Assembly: GCF_001194135.2 (NCBI RefSeq)
Contig: NC_068981.1
Span: 160,784,718 to 160,848,717 of the forward strand
Origin: Octopus bimaculoides
Taxonomy: Eukaryota
Direction of reading: 5' to 3'
Length of the DNA stretch: 64,000 nucleotides
The notes under the pieces are model-generated. The model was not told the DNA's origin, did no database searches, and saw only the letters and a program-made list of their open reading frames with translations. This document shows, one piece after another, positions 40,312-53,859 of the stretch. A program made the position numbers and the translations under genes. Each line of letters starts with the position of its first letter. Positions within the stretch are counted from its first letter, which is position 1.

Positions 40312-41756
40312 TTCTCTCCTATACACATACATATTCATACATATAAACATACATTGAGGATTGTAATAGTTTGTTGTGATGATGCTGTTGGTAGAATGTT
40401 TAGTCAATGAAGGAAGGAGGTGGTAGTGGGTTTTTATGTTTGAAGGAGTTGATAGCAAATTATTTTAGTGAAATGAAATTTGAAAAAAAAAAAGAATTGC
40501 CATATGATTTGACATATATGTCTTAGTACAAATAACCAACACCTCCACAACTACTAATAAATAAATATATTCACTGTCACCTCCACCATTTGCAGTTATT
40601 TCTTATTTACCTGTTTTTTTAAGAGATCAGTGAAAGTTGTTACGGTTCCATAATTAATGAATTGCAAAAGTTTAGAATGAAACTATTTCACTTAGTTCTT
40701 TAGTCCTTTTTATATCAATCTGCCTGAGACTGTCCTTGGTTCTATGATACAGAATATCTGATCTAAATTAAAAGCCTTCCATTAAAATGTCATGTTAATT
40801 TGTGTTTCAAACAACAGGTTTATAACGACAGTTATTTTATTAAATGTTTTCATTATTTTCAAAATTCATTAAAACAAAATCAATGAATTTCAGCAGAAAT
40901 ATAGTAACAAAAGGGTTAAATTCTCCTTTTATATCTCAGCAGACCTTATGTTCTGTGGGATTTCAATATTTATTTTGAAACTCTGTATAATATTGGTACA
41001 AAGCATGTCTTAAACTTAAGTTCAGGTAGTTCTTAGAGTAAAACGGCAAATATCATACTAGTGTAAAGTAGCTTGTGTAGAAGTTAGAGGTTTTTGCTTG
41101 AAATGTTTTACAGTATCTACTTAAACACCATCATCATCATTTAACATCCGCTTTCCATGCTAGCATGGGTTGGGCGGTTTGACTGAGGACTGGCAAGCCA
41201 GGAGGCTGCACCAAACTCCAAATCTATTCTGGCAAGGTTTCTACAGCTGGATGCCCTTCCTAACGCCAACCACTCCGAGAGTGTAGTGGGTGCTTTTGGA
41301 GTGGTTGGCATTTGGAAGGGCATCCAGCTGTAGAAACCTTGCCAGTTATGATTTGAAACATGATCAGCTACCTCCAGTAAGCACCAGTTATCTACTGGAT
41401 TTTAAATCATCTACTATAGAACTAGAAACCTATTTCATATGAAGAGGATCTGCCTGGCAGATTGTTGCAGGGAATATAATTATAACCCAATTTATGATAT
41501 CAGTAATTCACAATATTCATGGATAGCTATGTCAAGTTGACCTCACTGCTAAGGTTGTGGTATTTTAGCTCCAGGTCAACACTAACTGAGGAGACCTATA
41601 ATCAAAGACTGGCTCACTGTGACCATCCAGTCCTTTTTATTTCAGGGAATACATTGTTCTATATGTACTTCTTTAAGGTGGTAGGCTGTGATTTGAAGGA
41701 GCTTTAGCTTCTCTTTCTATTAGTTGAATGATCATGAAGAGGTTAGACTTATAAGG

Positions 41757-41799
<43 letters not shown>

Positions 41800-42667
41800 T
41801 ATATTGTATATATATTGTCAACAGAAAAAGCAACCCAAATATTCTCTTGAGAGAGAGAGAGGAGTATTGACTCTGGTACTTATTTAGCAACTTTGTAAGG
41901 ATGAAAAGCAAAGTTGACTTGGGAAAGATTTGAACTCAGAATGTAAAAAGCTGGATTATAACTGGAAGGTGTTTTTCTGATGCTCTAATGATCCTGCCAA
42001 TTGGCTGCCCTACATGTATATTTAGTATATAAAAATAGTTTTTTTTCCCTAACGTAAGCTCAAGGTCACATTTGGGGGAGGAGTTGAGTCAAATAAATCA
42101 ATCCCAAAGTTGACTGGTATGAATATGTATACAATTATGTGTACATATTGATGTTTATTTGTCCGTGTTTTTTTTTTTTTGCATGTGTCCATTTATGATC
42201 ATATCGCATCATTAATTCAAACATTTTGTAATTTCTTAAAGATATTTCACCTGTAACATCAGCAAATTGGCAATATATATATTTTTTATTGTAATAAACC
42301 TCTGCCAGCCATCCAACCAGACAGCCTACTTTGTGTGTGTGTTTCTCTCTCTCTCTCAACTCCCCCTCTCTTTCTCAACTCCCTTGCAAGCATAAAGCTG
42401 TCTGGACAACTTAAGAAAATAAATGTAGGTTGCAGGCAAGAGAGCCTCTTGAGGTAAAGAGAGAATATGTATGCTGAAGGCGGTGAGAAGATTTGTTAAT
42501 AAGTGGGGGAGGTAGAATTGGGCAGGTAAGGATTTAAGTGTTAGTGAAGAGTGAAGACTACCTGGGAAGAAATACATTTACCTGAATTTCAATATTTCTT
42601 TTTTAAGTTCCATTTTTTTAAATTACTAAATATGAAAAAGAAAACTTACGACAGAAGGAAAGTATTG

Positions 42668-42669
<2 letters not shown>

Positions 42670-42737
<68 letters not shown>
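42670..42737. repeat. (GT)n microsatellite
   Basis: Directly visible. Confidence 0.95.
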
Positions 42738-42741
<4 letters not shown>

Positions 42742-43718
42742 AGGAGGAGAAAGAGTTGCAGTGCAACGCCCAGCTAAAGTTTTGGCCTGCTGTTAGCCAT
42801 GCGCAGGTAACAAAATACTCATTACCCACAACCAATTTGATGCTATCTATTTACTACTACCATTTAAATTAACTACTACTACTATCACCACTACTACTAC
42901 TACTACTACTATAAAGCTACATTATTGCTGTCTCTATTATTACCTCTACCTCTGCTACTGTCACTGCAACTGTTACTGTCAATGTTAGCAATCAGTGGTT
43001 GTACTACTGTTAATACTTCTGAAGAAGAACAGTTCCCACTGCAGGCAGGCAAATCGTCGCCACCATTGCCAAGATGACAAAAAAAGCTAAATAAGCTCTT
43101 GCATTTTTGTTATTGTTGTATTAGTGACATGACACTAGAAACATGACTTCCCTTCCACTCTCTATTGTTACCTTTGTGTTCTTCCTCTTGTAGCAAATCC
43201 GCCCCCCCCCCCGGGGTACTATTAGTAATAAGGTGAGCAGTTTTATGACCTCCAAAGAAATACATTGTAATACTTTATTGCCTGCTTTTGGTTATTGGCT
43301 GACTAGGTCAGCTTGAGAGTGGCCCCCTCAGATTGAGTCCCAAATTTTAAGACAGTGTAACTTACATTAATGACAACCTAAGAAAATTGAATGTGTATTG
43401 AATTCTAAATACAAACCGACATCTTATACCTTCTATATCTTGAATGACTAACCCAGGATTGCTTGCAAGCTTCTAATTGGTTGCCTTCAAAATGAAGGCT
43501 CTGCTCAATGAACAAGCAAGCATAAGTAAGTATGACATCTTACAAAGTTGCTTAACCTGCTAAGAATTGCAGCCAAATTTCATTTGACAAAACTTTCTTC
43601 TGATAGTATATACTTGAGTCCCTATAGTGTTAAAGTCTTAAGTTTTAGAACAACATGTTAAGACTGGATGGTCATGATTATTTTGTTCAACTATTATTAT
43701 TATTATTATCATTATTAA

Positions 43719-44397
43719 TAAGGTGGCAAGCTGGCAGAATTCTTAGCACACTGGACGAAATGTTTAGTGGTATTTCACCTGTAGCTATGTTCTGAGTTCA
43801 AATTCCACCAAGATCGACTTTGCCTTTCATCCTTTCAGGGTTGATAAATTAAGTACCAGTGAAGCACTGGGGTTGATGTAATCAACTAGTCCTCTACCCC
43901 AATATTTCAGTCGTTGTGCCTGTAGTAGAAAGGATTATTATTAATAATCTTTTCCACTATAGGCACAAAGCCTGAAATTTTGGGAGAGGGGTCTACGCAA
44001 TTACATTGCCCTTAGTGCTCAATGGTGCTTATTTTATTGACCCCAAAAGGATGAAAGGCAAAGTGGACCTTGGTGAAATTTGAACTTGGAGTATTAAGCT
44101 GGAAGAAATACCACTAAGTATTTTGTCTGGTATAGGAAGGATTCTACCAGCTTGCCACCTTAATATAACGATAATGATAATAATCTTTTCTAGTATAGGC
44201 ATAAGGCCTGAAATTTTGGGGGAGGGTTAAAGTGGATCACATCAACCTCAGTACTTGACTGGTACTTAATTTATCAATCCCAAAAGGATGAAAGGTAGTC
44301 AACCTCGGTGGTATTTGAACTCGGAATGTAAAGATGGATGAAATACTACTAAGCATTTTACCCAGTGTGCTAACGATTTTGCCAGCTCACCACCTTA
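43719..44397. mobile_element. Cluster of three SINE family A copies: + (43719-43942), - (43943-44162), - (44184-44397)
   Basis: Head, core and tail motifs of each copy, separated by (ATT)/(AAT) tracts. Confidence 0.85.
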
Positions 44398-46346
44398 ATA
44401 AGGATAAAATAATAATAATTATGAAACATTGTATTTATAACTTTGAAGCAGATCATATCAGATCCTTTTTTTTTCTATTTTTTTTAAGCATTTATGTGCA
44501 AGTTTTTAAACATTTCTATGAAAGTTTTTTTTAAAAAAATCCATCAGCTGATTTCAATACCATGCCAGGCCCTTAAGTACCTTTAGCAGAGTCCTTTCTG
44601 CTGTATGCATTTAGACTAGACTTCCAGTCTGAATATAACTCAAGATCTAGATATTCTGCATCCAGCTGTGACTCATGGTTTCTTCTCTTCTCAACCAGTT
44701 TCAAAGGCTCTACAAAAAGATTAAGGGTGTTTACACTTCCTTATCTGACTAAGCCATAATAATAATAATAATAATAATAATTACTCCCTGTGAACAGAAA
44801 CTGTTATTTCAATTTCCAGCCAAGGCTATTTTACTTTACTTGTGCAGCTGCAGGTTTTGGGAAAGGTGTGAACATTATAATTTTGATGTGTTTCCTCTTC
44901 CCAAGAAGTGTTGCCCGTGTGTTCTATCAAAAGGAACCAACAAAGCAGCCAAAGACAGTTAAGACCTGTTCTGTAACTTTTACTGCAGATATTGGATTTC
45001 TTCATGGTTGCTTTAAGAAATGATGTAAAATGAAATGAAATAAAGTTAAAGAAAATAATAAAATTATTATTGTTGTTGATGTTGATGTTGTTTGCATCTT
45101 TGTTGTTTTTCTGAGTGTTTCTGATAAACCTTTGTCAGGTTATTTCCTGGTTTCTTTTAGAAAAGAACAACTCCCAGTTGACAAAAGATTTCTCTCTCAA
45201 AATGGATTGTTTTTGATATTTTGAAGAATAGAAATAACATTTGAAAATGTAACAGGGAGAAGCATTTTAATAGAAAGACTGCTCTGTTTGCTTTTTTTAA
45301 TAGAAATGTTTTGCATATGGTGCATATTGCAGTCTTCATTCTTTCCGTATAATTGGTTAAATCATTGTCATCGTGTGTGTAACTGTGGAATTGGTAACAA
45401 TCCAAGCCTTCATTATCTTTGTCTTTGTTGTGATTTTAGTTTTTTTGTTGTTGTTGTGATGCTCCTTTTTAAAATGATATTTTATTTAATATTTTCTATT
45501 GTGTTCCACTTCACTGTTACTTGAGTGCCTCCTTCATGTTTTGTATTTCCTTCTCTTCAGTTATTTATGATGTTATTTATTTATAAAAAAATAAGAAAAT
45601 GAGGTGGTGGTGGTGGTGGTTGTAGGAAAAATTCAACAGAATTATTTAACAGCTTTTCAGCGAATTGCTAACCAAATTTAGCAAACCAAATGCCTTTGAT
45701 ATTTAGTTATATCCCTCATGGATTGGCAGAATTTATAAAATTGATTATTTTTCATCTCCGACAGACATTTCTATGCTGTTTTATTTATTGCTACTGCTCA
45801 GTAAATAAAGAATAAAGACAAATAAAAAAAAAATCATTGTGGCATATAATAATTAAGGGTAATGGAAAGTTTAGTGTCCTATATTCTCTGAAACAATTAA
45901 TAATCCTGTTGTTCTTAGATAATTATTTAATTTTTAAAATTATTTCTAGCCACATAAAAGTTGTGGATTGGTTGAATTAGTATTGCAGCAGACAAATTTT
46001 TTGATATATGTGTCCCTAATGGATAGACATAATTAAGAGAGCAGCTGACCAAATACCTTGGGATATTTAGTTACATCCCTCATGGATTGGCAGAATTAGT
46101 AGAACAGCAAATGAAATGCCTTGTGGTAGTTAGTTGTTTCTGTAAGTTCTGATTTCAAATCCTACCATGGTCAGTTTTTATCTTTCATCCTTCTGGTTGA
46201 GTGTTTGATCTACCTAGGGTTAAATTAGTAGTAACATGGAACATCCACTTTGATGTAGTGATTAACTTTACTTGTTAGTATAGTTACTACTCTCATCTCT
46301 GCTTGAGATTTTACAACTAGCTACTTTGCTTTTGTATATATATACA

Positions 46347-46482
46347 TAGATCAAAGCAGTTTGATTCAGACTTCTTGGTACTCTGAGTTTCAAGCGTGTG
46401 GCTAGTCTTTGAATGGCCAAAGACAAGCCACATGCTTGAAACTCAGAGTACCAAGAAGTCTAAATCAAACTGTTTTGATCTA
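46347..46482. repeat. 136-bp near-perfect palindrome (65-bp arms, 6-nt loop); possible TA-flanked foldback MITE
   Basis: Arm 46347-46411 matches the reverse complement of 46418-46482 at 61 of 65 positions. Confidence 0.9.
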
Positions 46483-46554
46483 TACATGTAACTCCCAATA
46501 AATGTGTTGAGTGCCCTTCTTTCGTTTATCTACTCACTCATGTGTGTGCATGTA

Positions 46555-46593
<39 letters not shown>

Positions 46594-47722
46594 GGATTGA
46601 TTTGTCCCTGCTCCCTGCTTCACAACTAGTGTTGGTTTATTTATGTCCTTGTAACTTAGCAGTTTGGCACAAGAGATTGATACAATAAGTACCAGACTAA
46701 AAAAAAAAAAAAGCACTGAGGTTAGTTTGTTCAACTAAGCCCTTCAAAGCAGTGCTTCAGCATAGCTGCAATCCAATGGCTGAAACAGGCAAAAGATAAA
46801 AAAAGAAAAGTTTGGATTACAGATTGAACAGGCTTGTTTCACCTTACTTATGACTCATCAGGATTCAATGACAGCTCCTCAAACTAGCAAATATTAGCAG
46901 TAGAAAGATACTTATCAAAATCTAAACAAGATTGTATCAGACACATTTCATTTACATAATGTCCCACGGTTCACTGCATGACATTAATTACTAGACTGGC
47001 AGGGATTTCTCCCCCCTCCCCCACCTCTGTGTATTTATTCTGACAGTGAAAATGGGGCCTGTGGTTAGCCTGCTCTGTAATATGTGATATGAGAAAAATG
47101 TAAATTTGATGCAGTAACAAAATGCTTGCTGTTGATTTGAACTCATGATCCCTGTGGTGCATTAAGGAATTAGATTACCGTTTTGAATTAGCCCCCAGTG
47201 ATTGTCCCATCTACACTTAAGTGTAAGGTTCAGTTAGTTTTGTAATATATATGTATTTATGCACTCGATTTGATTGGGATTTATTATGTTTTAATATAGT
47301 AATTACATCAGTTCGAATTAATTGTAAACTCTTGTCAGATTCAGATATAACCATAAGAGAAATATGGAGAAGTGGGGCTGTTTGTCTGTTTGGTTTCTTA
47401 CCTGTAAAAATTTGCTATATTCTCTCTCTCTCTCTGTAATATTATTTCTCTCCCTATTTTTCCTGACAGCACTGAGTGCCAATATTTACATTAGTCAAAA
47501 TATCAAATGTTAAATCCTGTGAACCTATGCTTGTAATTTGATCTGTGGTTTCCTTTTAGGGAGGAGGAGGCTATTTATTGTTGTGTCTATCATCATCATT
47601 ATTCTATAAAACCAACCTTTTTTTCTCCTTTTGGTAATGTATCCTGTATACAGTAATGTACAAGAAATGTGTGTAGGATTTAATTGACAGGGAAGGACAG
47701 TTAAATCCATGTATAAACTTAA

Positions 47723-47754
<32 letters not shown>

Positions 47755-49059
47755 GCACGCACGCACGCACACACGCACGCNNNNNNNNNNNNNNNNNNNN
47801 NNNNNNNNNNNNNNNNNNNNNNNNNNNNNNNNNNNNNNNNNNNNNNNNNNNNNNNNNNNNNNNNNNNNNNNNNNNNNNNNNNNNNNNNNNNNNNNNNNNN
47901 NNNNNNNNNNNNNNNNNNNNNNNNNNNNNNNNNNNNNNNNNNNNNNNNNNNNNNNNNNNNNNNNNNNNNNNNNNNNNNNNNNNNNNNNNNNNNNNNNNNN
48001 NNNNNNNNNNNNNNNNNNNNNNNNNNNNNNNNNNNNNNNNNNNNNNNNNNNNNNNNNNNNNNNNNNNNNNNNNNNNNNNNNNNNNNNNNNNNNNNNNNNG
48101 TACACACACGTACACACACACACACACGTACATACACACACGTACATACACATGTTTATATAACTAGTTTCATAATCAGCCATTTGTTTAATTCTGTGTC
48201 TTACTTGAAAATTTTACTGTTATTTCTTTCTACTGTCAATTATTTAAGAAATTTTAGTTTCCTAGTATGCAATACATGTAAAAGCTTACTTTGTGTATTG
48301 CTTCAGTATCACTGAAGAGGAGAATTTATGACTAATGAAAGAAATGCTACTGAGGCCATCATTTGACCTGATAATGTAAAGGATATTGTCTGAAGTGCTG
48401 AGGCTTATCCTGAAGTGCAAATTCATGGAATAGTACTATGAACATTGGTCAGTGAGCAGGGGTGGGGAGTAGTGAGTGAGGGTTGCTTCCACATAGTCAG
48501 ACTTGTTAGAAATTGCAGCCAAATCAACCTCAAATCATACCCTATTGTCTTAAAAAAAAGAAAAAGACACATTGAACAGTGTGTGTATGTGGTCCTAGAT
48601 ATACAAAAAGTTGATAGTTATGTCTGAGTAGAACTATAAAACTAATGCTGCTGTTGCTATCACCACCACCACTACTACTGTATTTCAAGATAGGTGTACT
48701 GAGTACATACTAGCAGCTGTGTGGGGCTGGTTGGCAATCTGTATTTCTGCATTATTTTTGATGTATAGACACAAGCAGGTCCTGTTAAGTGAATGATAAT
48801 CAGATGTGTCATAATTTAGTGATAAGCATTTAATCGTTCTTCTTCAACACTGTTTTATCTTTTAGAAAAGTTCAGAGAAGTATTTTACTCTTCTATCATT
48901 CTGAGTTCAAATTCTGCTGAGGTTGATTTTTGCCTTTTGTCCTTTCAGGGTTGATAAAATAGGTACCAGTTGAGCACTGGCATCAATATAATCAACTAGC
49001 TTGCTCTGCTCTCGAAATTTCAGACCTTGTACCTATAGTAGAAAGACTTGTTATTATGG

Positions 49060-49990
49060 GAGCTTTTTGAAACCACAGACAGGCATTGAAAATCTTTGCA
49101 GATGATTCCAAACTCCAGAAGGCCATAAATGGTATGGGAGACCGAACATGCTTTCAGTTGGATCTGTTTGTTGTAGTCCAATGGGTGGAAAAGAACAATA
49201 TGCTTCTAAATGAAGATAAGTTTAATTTGATCCATTTTGGAAAAGAGGATACTCTGAAATTACTATATGCCCCTCTCTTGGGCGACTCCCTAGTGTCATC
49301 CAACAACACCAGAGATTTTGGAGTAATTGTTAGTAACAATCTAAGCTGGACTTCCCACGTAAACAGCTAGGTTAACTTGGCCCACAAGATGCTCTTCTGG
49401 ATTCTGAGAACTTTCTGGTCTACAGATTCCCACACCATCATCCTTCGCTACTCTACTTTTGCTCGACCCCCACTTTAAATACTGTTGACCCACACGAAGC
49501 AACTCATTATGAAAATGGAAGCACTCCAGAGGTCAATAACAAGATAGATAGATGGCATAATAGGCATTGACTATTGGGGTCAACTGAAAAAACTCAATCT
49601 CTACTCTCTCCAACTCAACTGGGAGTGCTACATCATTTGTACGATGTGGAAAATATTCCATCAACATTACACACATGATGTTGGCATCAGTTTTAAAATC
49701 CACCCAAGATTTGGCCCTTGTGCTATCCGCCCACTACAAAAATTGAACTTGGGACACATAACAACATTACAACACAACTATTTTAACTTAACCAGTCCAG
49801 CTCTCTTTAATATCATACCAAAATACATCAAAACGTAAACAGATCCCATAAAATTCAAAAGCTCTCTGGAAAATTTCTTCAAAAAATTCCGAACCAACCT
49901 CTTACACCCAGATATGACTCCAACAATAATTACTTTTTGCTAGAGTGGGCCATGGTGCCCCATATATGACTAAAAGACTTCACCAGGTGA
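49060..49990 (+). mobile_element. CR1-group LINE, RT C-terminus and 3' end
   Basis: KIFADDSKL..., WVEKNNMLLNEDKF, RDFGVIVSNNLSWTSHVN, MEALQRSITR, DYWGQLKKLNLYSLQ, PALFNIIPKYIK; multiple stops. Confidence 0.85.
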
Positions 49991-50699
49991 TGCAGTTAAG
50001 TTAGACATGGCTTAGGCCTATACTAACCAAAACCTATCAAAGTCATCAAAGTTAATATAGAATTTTCAAAGTAAGTATTAAACAGTTTAGACTGAAGTGT
50101 ATAAATCATCAACTTAGGCTGCTAATTCATTACCTTTTATACTGTGGGTAGAATTTATTACATCACTGAAAGACAATGGACTCTATACATTATTCATCTA
50201 TATTTCAAGCCAATACTTGTTTTACTGGTGTGTACAGTGAGACATTAAGAGTTAAGAACTTTTACCAGGGGCATAGTATAATAATGGTGATTGACTATAA
50301 ACTGATGACACATCAGTTCAGCACTGATGTCTTAATTTTTGCAAATTTAACTGGAAACTATCTTGATTTAACTTTGGGTAAATTTTTTTTATATCTAGTA
50401 TCTTGAAGCAAAGAAAATATACAAAAACATCCATGAAAGTTGATGGGTAGAGAGAATATATTTTAAGATTTAGTTTATTTCATAAAAGATTTAAGATTCA
50501 AAATGTCCTCATGTTATAGATCCTCCTCGTCAAAACCTGTTCTGATAAATGGGGGTAAATGTATAAACTATTTTTAATTTATCAAAAGTAAAAGTAATTC
50601 TGTCTCATTCATGTCTAGCTACCAGCATGGCTGACTGAGTTGATGACAACAAAAGCCCATGAAGGGGAGAGGGAATAGTGGCTGCACATATGTGGTTAC

Positions 50700-51470
50700 T
50701 TGAGTTGCTGGGTGGGGGTCAAGTTGATTACATTGGCCCTATTGATTTGAAGAAGTTGAAGGGCAAAGTTGACCTCAGGATGTATAGAGCTGGAAGAAAT
50801 GCTGCCTAGCATTTTGTCTGATGCACAAACAATTCCTCCAGGTTGCTGCCTTCACACCTCCACATAATCCTTTTTACTATAGACACAAGGCCTGAAATCT
50901 TAGGGGAGGGGATTAGTTGATTACATTAACCCCAGTGTTCAACTGATATATATTTTATCAATCCAGAAAGGATGAAAAGCAAAGTCAGCCTTGATGGAAT
51001 TTGAACTTCAAATGTAAAGATGGCTGAAATGCTGCCAAGCATTTCGTCTGGCGTGCTAACAATTCTTCCAACTCACTGCCTTCATACCCCAAATATTAAT
51101 AATAATAATAATAATGATAATAATAATTATTTCAAAATTTTTGTCACAAGGGCACCTTGGGTGGGGATGAGTCGATTACATCAATCCTATTGTTCAACTG
51201 GTACTTATTTTATTGACCCAAAAAGGATGAAAGGCAAAATCGACCTCAGCAGAATTTGAATTCAGAACGTAGTGATGGGCAAAATACTGCTAAGCATTTC
51301 ATCCACCATGCTAATGATCCTGCCAGCTCATTGCCTAATAATAATAATGATTTCTAATTTTGGTATGAGCCTAATAATTTTGAGGAGACCCTAGTATTTG
51401 ACTGGTACCCTGAAAGGATGAAAGGAATAGTTGAACTTGGTAGGATTTGAACTCAGAGCATAAAATACAA
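50700..51470 (-). mobile_element. Four tandem SINE family A copies separated by (AAT)n
   Basis: Repeated ggatgaaaggcaaa...gaatttgaactc...gccagctc motifs near 50760, 50970, 51230 and 51420. Confidence 0.8.
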
Positions 51471-52892
51471 TAATAATTATGATTTATTTTATAAAAAAAC
51501 AATAAATATTTCTGAAGTAGATGTTTAGTCCATATCACTCCATAAGGAGCATAGGGCTGGTTTCTCAGTTTCTTTGGCCTATATATTCCTTTGTGGACAG
51601 GACACTGGTCTGTCGTAGGATTACTCATTTTTAGCACCTGAGTGGACTGGAGCATCATGAAATGAAGTCTTTTGCTCAAGAACACAATGCATTGCTTGGT
51701 CTGGGAATTGAAACCACATGCCTTTGATCCTATGTCCAACACCCTAACCACTAAGTCGTGTGTCTCCACAAGTTGATACAAGGCACAAATTTGAAGCAAG
51801 AGAATATTTCCTCCAATCTACTTCACTAATTGACTGCTGCTTATTTTATCAACCTCAGAAGGTCGTATCTGGTAGGATCCAAATTCAGAAAGTAAAGTGA
51901 CAAAAATAATTGAAATGAAATAGCTACAATCAGGTAATTGAGGCTGGGTTGTGAACTTAGCTCACCAAAATCTTTCCTCCTTCCATACCTTTCTTAACCT
52001 TACCTTATTGTCAGTTCATGTACCCAACTGATTGTTGCTGCATTACTTAATACTTGTAGCTAATTTAAGAACAAACTGAGTCTAGTTGTTAGTTGTCAAT
52101 TAAAGAAAAAAAATAAAAAAATAAAACAGAGCTAATGATTACCTGCTTGCATTTCAAATATTCATCAGAGACCTGTCCACTCCTACCATTTATTGTTGCT
52201 AGTGGCTTCGATTCAAGTGCTTCAGATAGCCAACTTGATGTCCAGCTGGTCAGTAACACACATGTTTCTTGATGGCCTGCAACCATGTACACAGTGTTAT
52301 TGTCCGTCTGTCATGTAGACTCCACAGATGGTTCAGAATGAGGAAAGCAAAGAAGAAATTTGCTCAGTTATGGTGATCATTTCTCAAGCAGTTCTATTTT
52401 TTTTTGCCCTTGTTTTTGATTTTTGCAAATTGTATCATTCTTTATTTGTATATTTATTTTCTTTCATTCTTAAAATATCTTTTTAGATATACTTCATAAT
52501 AGTTTTTTTAAAACTCACATTAAACTCTCTCTTTTCCTCTTTCTGTCTTGTTTGTACCTCCTTCTTTCTTTTTTCTATTGCTTCCCTCCTTTTCTTTTTC
52601 TGTTTCACTCTCTCTCTCTTAATTTCCACTCTTTCCTTTTATTCTCAAACATTGTCTCTCTCTTTCTCTCATTCTCTTGTTTTTGCTATCCTTATCCCAT
52701 TTTCTCTTTGCTTATCTTCTTATTCTAGTTTTTTGTGTTCCCCCTCCTTCTTTCACTTATGTTCTCCCTCCTCCTTTCACTTTTATATCTCCTTCCCTCT
52801 TTTAGCTCTCCTCTCTCTCCAACATTATCACTTTTCCTCTCTTCATTTCCTTTATAATTTGTTCTCTTTCTCTCTCTCCCTCCCCAGCTTGT

Positions 52893-52954
<62 letters not shown>

Positions 52955-53859
52955 AGTTATTTAACAGTTGTCCTTAAGCATTACTAAGTGTACTCCTGAT
53001 ATTCCATCATCAAACCCACTAACTATCCCTCATACTAACACCACTACTATCCACTCGTACCACTATCGCTAAGGTTCCAGTAACACCACCAACTATAACT
53101 AATCATCATCACCATTATTTGATAGTTTCTTTGACATTTCATCCTTAATTAATAACTTCCAATTCTTAGATCACAACTTGAGAGAGAGTATGGGTGTGTG
53201 TAAAATTCTGCTTGTTTTTCTTCTCCCATTTCCTTTTCTTTTTAGAATTATTATTATTATCATTATTATTATTATTTTAATATTTTAAACATTTTATTTA
53301 ATTTCTCCAATTTAAATGTTAAAAATTTTTTAATGATCTTTTTGTCTGTATTTTTCCCCTCCTTTTTCTCTCTCTCTCTTCATTTCTTCTACGTTTTTTA
53401 CTGTCTCACTAACAATCACATATTCCTGTGCATAATATCACCCATACGCAAGCATGCCATGCTAAGATGATAATTTTATCAGTTACTTAAACTAGGTTTA
53501 GAATGATTGAAATTCTTTGATAACCTTTTTTTTCTTTTTTTGCTTTTTCTTAACTTTGTTATTTCTTTTTAATTCTATATCCAATAATATGTCAGTGTAT
53601 TGAAGTAGCAGAAACAGTATAATGTTAGGTGAAAGACCACGTGGTATTTAACTATATTTAATTGTCCTGAGTTCAAATCTTGCTGAAGTCAATGTTGATG
53701 TTAATTTTTCTGGGATTGACAAAATAACTACCAGTCATATATATATGAGACTGGGTCTGGCATGGAACTCAATTAAATTCACACTGCCCCTCCTCTTTGA
53801 AATGGTGTAGCTTTGTGTCAAAGTTAAGAAATCAATATTTGGGTAGCTGATTTCACCTT

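Noticed and set aside
42738-42812. Possible upstream exon ending GCGCAG|gtaaca, in phase 0 with the DDAH exon
   Set aside because: The peptide (ELQCNAQLKFWPAVSHAQ) has no DDAH similarity, there is no start codon or acceptor, and it abuts a (GT)n run
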